From assembly GCA_964246215.1 (NCBI GenBank), contig CAXTPQ010000005.1, forward strand, positions 39,738 to 101,816: 62,079 nucleotides of DNA, written 5' to 3'. The notes under the pieces are model-generated. The model made no database searches. It was not told where the DNA came from and saw only the letters and a program-made list of their open reading frames with translations. The stretch comes from an uncultured Terriglobus sp. GTDB lineage: Bacteria > Acidobacteriota > Terriglobia > Terriglobales > Acidobacteriaceae. The first letter of the stretch is position 1; each line of letters starts with the position of its first letter. Shown here in pieces: positions 39,066 through 47,618 of the stretch. The translations under genes were made by a program, and so were the position numbers.

Positions 39066-40339
39066 GCACTTACTGCTCCATTGGCTCACCCACAACGGAA
39101 CTCTCGCCCGCTGAATTGCAGGCGCATCTCACGGCGGCGCTGGAGCAGCTTGGTCCACCCAAGCGTGTGCTCGCCGTACCGCCGGACATCTCACGGATGC
39201 ACTCGCAGGCCGGCGTGCTGACTGAAATGGCTTGGCGGCACTACGGCCCAGCGCTGACTGATGTTCTGCCGGCGCTGGGCACGCACCGGCCCATGACCGA
39301 TGCTGAGATTGCCGCGATGTACGGCGATACGCCGCGCGATCTCTTCCGCGTGCACGACTGGCGCAACGACGTGATCACGCTGGGTGAGGTGCCCGGCGAA
39401 TTTATGCACCCGGTGAGTGAGGGCAAGCTGGATTATCCGTGGCCCGCACAGGTCAACAAGCTCCTGCGCGATGGCGGCCACGATCTCATCCTCTCCATTG
39501 GCCAGGTGGTGCCTCATGAGGTCATTGGCATGGCTAACGGCAACAAGAACATCTTTATCGGCACGGGCGGAGTGATGGGCATCCATCGTTCTCATTTTTT
39601 GGGCGCGGTGTACGGCATGGAGCGCATCATGGGCCGGGCTTCTTCGCCCGTCCGGTCGGTGCTGAATTATGCTTCGGAGCACTTTGCCCGATTCATGCCT
39701 CAGATCGTCTACGTGTTGACGGTGGTGGGCAAAAGTCTGGCCGGACAGCTTGCCGTGCGCGGACTGTTCATCGGTGATGACACGGAATGCTTTGAGCAAG
39801 CCGCTGCTCTGGCGTTGCAGGTCAATTTCGTCATGATGGACCGGGAAATCCGCAAGGCCGTTGTCTACCTGGACCCGCACGAGTTCAAGAGCACCTGGCT
39901 CGGCAATAAGAGCATCTATCGCACGCGTATGGCACTGGCGGACGATGCGGAACTGATCGTGCTGGCGCCCGCTGTCCACGAGTTTGGTGAGGACCCCGTG
40001 ATCGATACACTCATCCGGCGCCATGGTTACCGCGGTACGCCGCGCACACTGGAAGCGGTAAAGCACGACCCTGAGTTGGCTGCGAACCTGAGTGCCGCGG
40101 CACACCTGATCCATGGATCGAGTGAAGGCCGTTTTGGCATCACCTATTGTCCCGGCCATCTCTCCCGGCAGGAGATTGAAGCCGCCGGTTTCGGTTATGG
40201 TGATCTGGCGCACATGACTTCGAAATACGACCCGCTCACGATGCATGACGGCTGGAACCACATCGCCGGTGAGGATATTTTTTTCGTCAGCAACCCGGGA
40301 TTGGGATTGTGGGCGCATCAGGAGCGTTTTAACGCATGA
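39062..40339 (+). CDS. LarA-superfamily (DUF2088) racemase/epimerase, GntE-like
   Basis: PDISR, ALGTHRPM, HDW, VVPHEVIGMANGNK resemble LarA motifs; lies between uxaC and gluconokinase. Confidence 0.75.
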   Translation: MSTYCSIGSPTTELSPAELQAHLTAALEQLGPPKRVLAVPPDISRMHSQAGVLTEMAWRHYGPALTDVLPALGTHRPMTDAEIAAMYGDTPRDLFRVHDWRNDVITLGEVPGEFMHPVSEGKLDYPWPAQVNKLLRDGGHDLILSIGQVVPHEVIGMANGNKNIFIGTGGVMGIHRSHFLGAVYGMERIMGRASSPVRSVLNYASEHFARFMPQIVYVLTVVGKSLAGQLAVRGLFIGDDTECFEQAAALALQVNFVMMDREIRKAVVYLDPHEFKSTWLGNKSIYRTRMALADDAELIVLAPAVHEFGEDPVIDTLIRRHGYRGTPRTLEAVKHDPELAANLSAAAHLIHGSSEGRFGITYCPGHLSRQEIEAAGFGYGDLAHMTSKYDPLTMHDGWNHIAGEDIFFVSNPGLGLWAHQERFNA

Positions 40340-40920
40340 CCACTCAGGACATCACTTCGTCCGTTCTCGTCTTCATCCTGATGGGCGTGACCGGTTCCGG
40401 TAAGACGACCATCGGCACCGACCTCGCGCAGCACATCGGTGCCGAGTTCATCGATGCGGACGACTACCACCCGGAGGCCAACAAGGAAAAGATGCAGGCG
40501 GGCATCCCGTTGACGGACGCCGATCGATGGCCCTGGCTGGCTAAATTGAACCAGATGCTGCTTGCCCATGTCACGGCAGGGCAGACCTGTGTGTTGGCCT
40601 GTTCCGCGCTGAAGGAGTCCTACCGCGACTTGCTGGAACAGGGACTCCCGCCCACGCAGGTCAGATTCGTCTTCCTGGAAGCCACCCGCGAGTTGCTTGA
40701 AATCCGTTTGGCCCATCGTCACCACGAGTTTATGAATAGCAATCTCCTTAGCAGCCAGCTCGCCACACTGGAAGAACCGGAAGATGCGATCCGCATCAGC
40801 AACGACAGATCGCCAGACGAGGTGGTGCAGGAAATCCTGGATGCCACGTCCGGAGCAACGTCCAACATGGCGGCCGCGCCACGGCAAGCCGGCGGAAAGG
40901 AGGGGCAGAGTGGCACGTAA
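40336..40920 (+). CDS. gntK: Gluconokinase (GntK/IdnK type)
   Basis: MGVTGSGKTT, DADDYHP..N..KM..GIPLTDADR.PWL, CSALK..YR, SQLATLEEP. Confidence 0.9.
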   Translation: MTTQDITSSVLVFILMGVTGSGKTTIGTDLAQHIGAEFIDADDYHPEANKEKMQAGIPLTDADRWPWLAKLNQMLLAHVTAGQTCVLACSALKESYRDLLEQGLPPTQVRFVFLEATRELLEIRLAHRHHEFMNSNLLSSQLATLEEPEDAIRISNDRSPDEVVQEILDATSGATSNMAAAPRQAGGKEGQSGT

Positions 40921-41686
40921 CCTGTTCGACTTGTCCGGCAGGACGGCAGTGGTGGTCGGCGGCACCTCTGGCATCGGTCTCGCGATCTCATTAGGTCTGG
41001 CAGAGGCTGGTGCAAACGTGGTGGCGAGTTCACGCCGCAAGGAACAGGTCGAACAAACCGCTGCACAACTTGAGTATGCCGGAGCAAAAACGCTGCGCGT
41101 GACCTCCGACGTGTGCGATCGAAGCTCTCTGCAGCGGCTGCTGAATGCGACGCTGGAGAGCTTCGGCCAGGTCGATACCCTGGTCAATTGCGCCGGCAAG
41201 ATCAAGCGGGAGCCGACCCTGACCCTGAGTGAAGCGACCTGGAACGACATCATGGAGACGAACGTGACGGGAACGCTGCGTGCCTGCCAGATCTTCGGCG
41301 CGCATATGCTGGAACGCGGGTACGGCCGCATCGTGAATATCGCTTCTCTCAATACCTTTGTATCGCTGAAAGAAGTCACAGCCTATGCGGCCAGCAAAGC
41401 GGCAGTTGGCGCGTTGACCAAGTCATTGGCCGTGGAGTGGAGTGCGCGGGGCGTCGCGGTGAATGCCATTGCTCCCGGGGTTTTTCGCACCGCGCTGAAT
41501 GCCGATCTACTGGACAACAGTGAGCGCGGCAAGGAGCTTCGCATGCGCACGCCCATGGGCCGTTTTGGACGAACTGATGAAGTGGTGGGTGCGGCGATTT
41601 ACCTGTGCAGTGACGCTGCCAGCTTTGTCACGGGTGAAATCCTGGTCGTGGATGGTGGCTTTTTGGCCAGTGGAGTGAACCAGTGA
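40910..41686 (+). CDS. SDR oxidoreductase (gluconate 5-DH/KduD/mannonate oxidoreductase-like)
   Basis: GGTSGIG, NCAG, YAASK, VNAIAPG, VDGG; AGGAGG RBS before GTG 40910. Confidence 0.88.
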   Translation: MARNLFDLSGRTAVVVGGTSGIGLAISLGLAEAGANVVASSRRKEQVEQTAAQLEYAGAKTLRVTSDVCDRSSLQRLLNATLESFGQVDTLVNCAGKIKREPTLTLSEATWNDIMETNVTGTLRACQIFGAHMLERGYGRIVNIASLNTFVSLKEVTAYAASKAAVGALTKSLAVEWSARGVAVNAIAPGVFRTALNADLLDNSERGKELRMRTPMGRFGRTDEVVGAAIYLCSDAASFVTGEILVVDGGFLASGVNQ

Positions 41687-41696
41687 GAGCACTGCA

Positions 41697-41924
41697 GTGC
41701 GTGGAAAGATCGTGATATCTGCAGGGCTCATGATGTGCTGTACATCTGCCCAGGCTCAAAGCAATGCTGAGACAAAGAAATATCCAGATGTCTGTGAGCA
41801 GCGCACCGCAGCCGATTTAAAAAAGCAAGGCTCAGCGTTATTGGGAAGCTCAAGCATTCGCAACCTTCACATCCGAGTGCTCGATGGCATGAACATCCTT
41901 TCAACTAAACAATATCGCCAGTAA
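41697..41924 (+). CDS. Short secreted-looking ORF, possibly a truncated gene
   Basis: Signal-peptide-like start ending AQA; only 75 aa; sits at the boundary of the surface/EPS region. Confidence 0.3.
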   Translation: MRGKIVISAGLMMCCTSAQAQSNAETKKYPDVCEQRTAADLKKQGSALLGSSSIRNLHIRVLDGMNILSTKQYRQ

Positions 41925-41996
41925 GCGACATGAATGTTTGTTGAATATCATCGCTGGCATCCTAAGGCCATATATCGGAATGAAGGAGATTGCCGC

Positions 41997-42779
41997 ATGC
42001 GCTTTCGCTCGTTTGTTGTTTCAGCCTTAGCAGTTCTAGCACCGCTGGTGCCGTCCGTGATAATGAGTCAAACTGCCCAGGCAAACCTCTCGCTTACACG
42101 CAAAACCGAAGTACCGGGCGCGATCCTAAAACCGGGCAATTACACCATCCAGGTTGTCGACCACTTGTCCGACCGGATGATTGTTCGCGTGGAAAACAGT
42201 GCCGGACAGAAACAGGCGGTTTTCCTCGGTGTCAATGCTCCCAACCTGCCCAAAACCGGATCCGTGGAGTGGCAGAGCACAGGTGCGGATGCGGCTCTAC
42301 GCGGATATTCCTTTACCAACGGTCCATCGGTCGAGTTCGTCTATCCCAAGGCGGATGCGGTGCGACTGGCAAAGAGCAACAGCAGCAGCGTCGTCGCGAT
42401 CGATCCCGCGTCAGAAGGCCGTAAGCCGAAAAATATGTCTGGTGATGACCTGCAGATGGTAAGTCTCTGGTTGCTGACTCCAACTGTAGTCGGTCCTGAC
42501 AGTCAGCCCGGCATCGGTGCGAAGCATTTCGAAGCAACTCCCGAGAAAAGTCCAGTAGTGGCAAGCACATCGCCCGCGAACTCCACACGGCCAGTGTCCG
42601 GAACGCAGGTGGCGCAGGCAGAGACACAGCCGGACCTGATTGCGCGCAAGCCGGCACCAAAAGCGCCTCACGTGGTGAAGGTGCTGCCGCACACTGCCGG
42701 CTCCATGCCTCTGGTCTGGCTTGTGGCGGTCGGTTCATTGGGTGGTGCCCTGATATTACGGCGGCAGCGGCTGGCCTAA
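41997..42779 (+). CDS. Secreted protein with a C-terminal sortase sorting signal (LPHTA-TM-basic tail)
   Basis: Signal peptide ending AQA; LPHTAG at 42684-42701, then MPLVWLVAVGSLGGALIL and RRQRLA; AAGGAG RBS. Confidence 0.85.
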   Translation: MRFRSFVVSALAVLAPLVPSVIMSQTAQANLSLTRKTEVPGAILKPGNYTIQVVDHLSDRMIVRVENSAGQKQAVFLGVNAPNLPKTGSVEWQSTGADAALRGYSFTNGPSVEFVYPKADAVRLAKSNSSSVVAIDPASEGRKPKNMSGDDLQMVSLWLLTPTVVGPDSQPGIGAKHFEATPEKSPVVASTSPANSTRPVSGTQVAQAETQPDLIARKPAPKAPHVVKVLPHTAGSMPLVWLVAVGSLGGALILRRQRLA

Positions 42780-43394
42780 GTGCAGCACCAACCTTCATCC
42801 ACTGCGTTTCGGTTATGGTTGGAGCGGAGTTTGTGCTGTCTCGGTCTGATCTGCGCTGGGCTGTGTCTGCTCGTTACATTGCGAGCAGGGGCAGCCCTTC
42901 GCTCCGTTCACGCCATGGTGACGCCAACTGCACAGCGGAGTGGCGCCTCCACTCCGGAGAGAGACGAATCTACGCTGGACGGGTTTTTGGGTGAGCTCTC
43001 CATCCCAAAAATTTCTTTGACCGTACCCATTCTCCCGGACTACGACACTGGCAGCCTGCTCAAAGGCATTGGACACGTGAAAGGCACGGCATTGCCCGGT
43101 GGTCTGGGCAATATGGGCTTGGCTGGACATCGTGATACCTACTTCCGTCCGCTCCGGAATATCTCGGCCGGGATGGATATCCGCGTCAAGGACGCGAATG
43201 GCACTTACCACTACATCGTCGATCGTATGGAAGTGGTGATGCCCGACCAGGTTAGCGTTCTAGACATAGGACAACGCCCTGAACTGACGCTGATCACCTG
43301 CTACCCATTCAATTATGTGGGCGCGGCACCAAAACGCTTTATCGTTCATGCACATCTGCTTTCCGTCGATGCAGACTCGTCTGGCCGGCAGTAG
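42780..43394 (+). CDS. Class D sortase
   Basis: N-terminal TM; LAGHRDT (His), LTLITCYPF (Cys), PKRFIV (Arg). Confidence 0.92.
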   Translation: MQHQPSSTAFRLWLERSLCCLGLICAGLCLLVTLRAGAALRSVHAMVTPTAQRSGASTPERDESTLDGFLGELSIPKISLTVPILPDYDTGSLLKGIGHVKGTALPGGLGNMGLAGHRDTYFRPLRNISAGMDIRVKDANGTYHYIVDRMEVVMPDQVSVLDIGQRPELTLITCYPFNYVGAAPKRFIVHAHLLSVDADSSGRQ

Positions 43395-43591
43395 TGTACG
43401 GTTTCCATATCCGCCTAAAAATACCCACTTTGTGGGAAAGACTTCTACCCGAACGTCCTTACGAACGCTACGTTTGTTCGGCTATCGACGACATAGAATC
43501 GCTTCAAACAACGACGTCTGAGCAGTGGCCCGAACGACGCGGCAGAGTTGCGATGATCTCGGCGTGCGATCTCTTTTGGGTGGATGTCTAC

Positions 43592-46111
43592 ATGATGATT
43601 CGCGTCGCAACGGCTCGTGCCGCTGCAGTGCTGGTGTGTTCCTTTCTTCTGATTGTCGGCTGCAAGTCGCGGGCGCAAACCGATCTCCAGATCACTTATG
43701 GCTCAGGCGGCATACAGACGCTGAGCTATAAGGGTCAGGTTCTCGAAAATATGGGGGCTCATCCCGAGGACGCTTTCCATATCTGGCATATGAAAGCCAC
43801 CGATCTGCAGGGCAACTTGTTGAACACGCCCCAAACTGGATGGGGTGAAAACAACCTTGGAAAGACTTGGGACGCAGGCAGCCATACCTGGACCTATCGC
43901 TTCAATTGGGGCACGATCCAGGTTCAGTTCGTTCAGGTGGGCAATTCGCTCAACATGAACGTGACGGAAACGAATCTGGCCAACTCCGGCATTGTTCTCG
44001 ATGGTGCAACGATCTACCCCTTTGTCTTGCATTTTCCGCAGATGCCGCTCAACTTTACAAATGCCAGCTACAACCAATGGTCTTACAACACAAATGCCCC
44101 CAGTGCGCTGGCGGCCGATTATAGCTCCGGTGAGGTGGTCGCAGTGGTGCCGGACGCTGCAAAACCACTTTTCAGCGGCTTCCTCTCTCAGAACAACAAT
44201 GCGTATGTACCCATTATCAGTTCCACGAGTCCGGATGCACTAGCCGCCTTTCAGCCGCATAACGATCGGCCTATCCAACCTGGCCAGACGGATACCTTCA
44301 CCGTTTCCCTCCGATTCACCGCTTCAGGAACTGCTGCGGCAAGTGTGGCTGCCGATGCTCTGCAAAGCTGGACTTCCACATGGCCGCCGCTGTTAAATTG
44401 GACCGATCGCCGCATCATTGGGACGGCATACCTGGCGAGTTCACCGCAGGGTAACAAGAGCGTTCCCGGAGGTTTTCCGAACAATCCACGCCGCTATTTC
44501 AACGATGGCAATGCCACAGATTTTGACATACGCACGGCTGCCGGGCTGGCGCAATTTCAGTCAAAGATGCTGCAGCAAGCGGCAAATATCGTCACCAATC
44601 TAGGCCGGCTCAATGCGCAGGGCATGATCACCTGGGATCTGGAAGGTGAGCAGTACCCGATGGACACGAGCTATCTCTGCTCGCCAGACATGATCGGTAC
44701 GATCGCACCGGAAATGGAAAGTGTAATCAGCAATTCCTCCTCTGCGTACCACGGCGCGAAGCTGGTGGACGCCTACTTTGCGATCGTCCATTCCGCTGGT
44801 TACCGCGTCGGCCTGTGTATCCGTCCGCAGCATTTCGCGATCAACGCGGACGGAACTGCACAGCAAACCACGTTAAGCAATGCCCAGGTGCCGGCAGAGT
44901 TGCTGCGCAAAGCGAAGTACGCTCACGATCGTTGGGGCGTGACACTGTTCTATGTCGATTCCAGTGTCGACGCTTTCGGGGGTGCACTCGATGCCACGAT
45001 CTTCCAGCAACTCGCAGCCGCTTTGCCCGATTCGCTCTTCATCCCGGAGGAGACCACACCCAAGCACTACCTGTACACCGCACCCTTCCAGACGTTTATC
45101 TTTCATGGCGACCTGGGCACAAGCACCTCAATCTATCCGATTTACCCGAAAGCATTCAGTGCAAACCTGATCAACGATGTGGATCCGGGAACACTGGCAG
45201 CTCATCGTGCCGATCTGACTGCTTCCGTGAAGAGAGGTGACATTTTGATGGTGCATGCCGATTACTGGCAGGCGAACAACGATACCGTTGTGCAGATGTA
45301 TAACGACGCAGGCGTGACAGCAGTTCCTGCTTCACCCACAACGACCGCGCCAACCACGCCGGCTCCTGCGCCTGTACCGACGCCCGCTCCAGTACCGGCA
45401 CCAGTTCCAGCCCCTCAACCAACACCTGTACCGGCACCAGTGCCTCAGCCCAGCGCCGCCGTGTTCCTCACTTTTCCTACAGCCGGTCAGACCGTAGCAG
45501 GAATCGTCACGGTGCAGGCCCAGATCCAGGTTTCTCTGGATCCAGCTGGTTCTTACCTGATGGTGGATGGTATGGAGTACGGGACGAGGCGAGTGAGCAG
45601 CGGCCCTTACCAATACGCTCTGGACACAAAAAGCCTGAACGACGGAACACATACGCTGCAGATTTGGGCTCATGACATCGGCAACAATACCGACCTGTCG
45701 GCTCCCGTTGCGATCACAGTACAGAATGCCGGAACTGTTTCCACAGTTCCAACGCCGGCCCCTGTCACGCCTGTGACTTCGCCTGCACCGGTAACGACAA
45801 CACCCGTGATTCCCACAACCCCGGTCGTGTCGAACTCTCCTGTCACCATCGTTTACCCGGTGAGCGGACAGGCCGTTACAGGAACTGTTCAGGTCAGCGC
45901 GAACGTTCTCCCTCCACTTGACCCGGCTGGCTCCTACCTGATCCTCGATGGCCAGGCGTTGGACATGCATCGGGTGACGCAGGCACCGTATGTCTATAAC
46001 CTGGACACCTCCGGACTTGCTGCTGGAAATCACTCGCTGCAACTCTGGGCGCATGATCTGGGAAACAACACACTGCTGTCTTCCGCAATTTCGATTGTGG
46101 TGACGCATTAA
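43592..46111 (+). CDS. Large secreted protein (possible lipoprotein): unknown globular, possibly glycosidase-like region + Pro/Thr linkers + two Ig-like domains
   Basis: Signal ...FLLIVGC; acidic motifs WDLEGE, YVDS, IPEE; two homologous ~90-aa beta-rich domains. Confidence 0.75.
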   Translation: MMIRVATARAAAVLVCSFLLIVGCKSRAQTDLQITYGSGGIQTLSYKGQVLENMGAHPEDAFHIWHMKATDLQGNLLNTPQTGWGENNLGKTWDAGSHTWTYRFNWGTIQVQFVQVGNSLNMNVTETNLANSGIVLDGATIYPFVLHFPQMPLNFTNASYNQWSYNTNAPSALAADYSSGEVVAVVPDAAKPLFSGFLSQNNNAYVPIISSTSPDALAAFQPHNDRPIQPGQTDTFTVSLRFTASGTAAASVAADALQSWTSTWPPLLNWTDRRIIGTAYLASSPQGNKSVPGGFPNNPRRYFNDGNATDFDIRTAAGLAQFQSKMLQQAANIVTNLGRLNAQGMITWDLEGEQYPMDTSYLCSPDMIGTIAPEMESVISNSSSAYHGAKLVDAYFAIVHSAGYRVGLCIRPQHFAINADGTAQQTTLSNAQVPAELLRKAKYAHDRWGVTLFYVDSSVDAFGGALDATIFQQLAAALPDSLFIPEETTPKHYLYTAPFQTFIFHGDLGTSTSIYPIYPKAFSANLINDVDPGTLAAHRADLTASVKRGDILMVHADYWQANNDTVVQMYNDAGVTAVPASPTTTAPTTPAPAPVPTPAPVPAPVPAPQPTPVPAPVPQPSAAVFLTFPTAGQTVAGIVTVQAQIQVSLDPAGSYLMVDGMEYGTRRVSSGPYQYALDTKSLNDGTHTLQIWAHDIGNNTDLSAPVAITVQNAGTVSTVPTPAPVTPVTSPAPVTTTPVIPTTPVVSNSPVTIVYPVSGQAVTGTVQVSANVLPPLDPAGSYLILDGQALDMHRVTQAPYVYNLDTSGLAAGNHSLQLWAHDLGNNTLLSSAISIVVTH
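45322..45455 (+). repeat. Intragenic Pro/Ala/Val/Thr tandem repeat (linker)
   Basis: PAPAPVPTPAPVPAPVPAPQPTPVPAPVPQP. Confidence 0.8.
45461..46108 (+). repeat. Two intragenic Ig-like domain repeats (~45461-45727 and ~45842-46108)
   Basis: Both share P..GQ.V.G.V.V.A, LDPAGSYL..DG, PY.Y.LDT..L..G.H.LQ.WAHD.GNNT.LS. Confidence 0.8.
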
Positions 46112-46137
46112 AGCATTTCTCGCATAGGTAAAGCTCA

Positions 46138-46177
46138 GTCATTTCGACCGAAGCGAAGCGAAGAAACCTGCTTTTTT
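46138..46177. repeat. REP-like element half followed by a T-run
   Basis: GTCATTTCGACCGAAGCGAAGCGAAGAAACCTGCTTTTTT just after the large secreted gene. Confidence 0.45.
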
Positions 46178-46244
46178 ACCGCTCAAATCATTTTCATGGC
46201 AGATTAGCGTGACTACACACAAGCGAGAAACGCTATAGCAACTA

Positions 46245-46367
46245 CCGGCGCGTGCTCCGAGATGCTCTCTGACTAAGTCTAAAAACTTCATCTTCTGATT
46301 CGGTCTACATCCAAATCAGAAATGAATTCTAGGCAAAGTCAGAAGAGCACCCCGGACACGGCTTCCG
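46245..46367 (-). other. Long imperfect inverted repeat (~55-bp arms)
   Basis: CGTG.TCCG..TGCTC.TCTGACT...TTCAT.TTCTGATT pairs with AATCAGAAATGAA...AGTCAGAAGAGCA..CGGACACG. Confidence 0.6.
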
Positions 46368-46424
46368 GGAATATCAAGTTTGTGAAGAGGACAGGTCAGA
46401 CAGCAAAAGCACTTTTCTGTCCTC

Positions 46425-47612
46425 TCAGGCTGCTTGCATGTGGACGCTGGGCAAATCCCGTGTTGGGGAAAGCTTCTGGTCAAGTGCCTCGCGAACCGTA
46501 TCGGCACGAACCCGCCAGGTTGCATTGCGGCTGGCATTCCAGCGGAGTGCCTGGTGACCATCATTGAAGTTTTGCGATTGCAACTGGCGTAAGTGATCAA
46601 TCATCTCCGCCGCTGTGGCAACCAGCTTTAGAAGTGGTTCTTTGTGCGTAAGTTCCTCAAAGCCGCGTGTCGCGATCATGGGCCGGCAAGCAGCAAGGTG
46701 CTCGTAAAAGCGAGTGCTGGATCCGGAGTAGGTCGGTTCCAGTTTCCGGTAAGGCAATACGGCAACATCCAGAGCTCTCGCGTAGCTGCCGAGTGCAGCA
46801 TGAGGGCGAGCTCCGATGAAATGTGCATTCGGTAATGACATGACATCTTTGCGAGCTTGGCTGTAAACCTGGTCAGCGATGGTCATGGTGTACGGCCCGA
46901 CAAAGAGCCAGCTCAGGTCGAGCGTTTGCCTCATCGCCTCACGCACCAGTAGCCAGTCGATGTTGCCCGCTTGATTCCCGAGAACACCGATCACCGGCTT
47001 GCCACGCGGCAAACGCAAATCTGCGGGCAAGGGTGCTGGATAGATGGCTGGCTCGCCATACAGATTGACCGCGCGAACGGCATTTGGAATCACCACGATC
47101 TTACCCGGCGAACAGCTCGCACTCTCAACTAGGTAGTTGCCGATGCGCTGTGAATTGGGGCAGACCAGCGTTGCTGCCGCGCACATTCGCCGGTCCAAGG
47201 CAGGAATGTCTTTGCCGGAGGCGCTCTCGTACTTATCGATCAAATCGGTCAACCAATAAACAACAGGTCCCGGCCAAAGTTCCGCTACCGGTGCAAAATA
47301 AGGAACTGTACAAATCAACGGACTGTGCCGGTCGGGCACATGCGGCAGCATCTGCTTCAAGACATTCGGCCCCGTGCGCGCAATCAGAGAGAGGGGATAC
47401 GTAGCGTAGCCGCGCAAAAGTGAAAACTTTCGGATTCTGAAGCTTGGTGCAACGTCCCGCGATACTGAATTGTTGCGTGAGCGGATTGGAAAGTAAGTAC
47501 GATGCGGTTCCCACCCCTGGACTGGAACCGACTCGGCAAGGGCAGAGGCAAATTCCAGGTCCAAGGCGTCGGATATTTGCAAGAGCTGCCATTCGGTTGT
47601 AGCTCGATCCAT
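46425..47612 (-). CDS. GT-B glycosyltransferase (GT4/TuaH-like)
   Basis: VVYWLTD, VIPNAV, GVLGN....IDW.L, LDVAVLPY, FYEHLAACRPMI. Confidence 0.8.
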   Translation of the reverse strand: MDRATTEWQLLQISDALDLEFASALAESVPVQGWEPHRTYFPIRSRNNSVSRDVAPSFRIRKFSLLRGYATYPLSLIARTGPNVLKQMLPHVPDRHSPLICTVPYFAPVAELWPGPVVYWLTDLIDKYESASGKDIPALDRRMCAAATLVCPNSQRIGNYLVESASCSPGKIVVIPNAVRAVNLYGEPAIYPAPLPADLRLPRGKPVIGVLGNQAGNIDWLLVREAMRQTLDLSWLFVGPYTMTIADQVYSQARKDVMSLPNAHFIGARPHAALGSYARALDVAVLPYRKLEPTYSGSSTRFYEHLAACRPMIATRGFEELTHKEPLLKLVATAAEMIDHLRQLQSQNFNDGHQALRWNASRNATWRVRADTVREALDQKLSPTRDLPSVHMQAA

Positions 47613-47618
47613 ATCGTC

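Noticed and set aside
45322-45455. CRISPR-like or VNTR repeat
   Set aside because: In-frame degenerate codon repeats encoding a Pro-rich linker; no repeat-spacer structure.
46217-46385. 6S or SRP RNA identity for the long hairpin
   Set aside because: No SRP domain IV motif and no recognisable 6S central bubble consensus; kept only as an unassigned structure.
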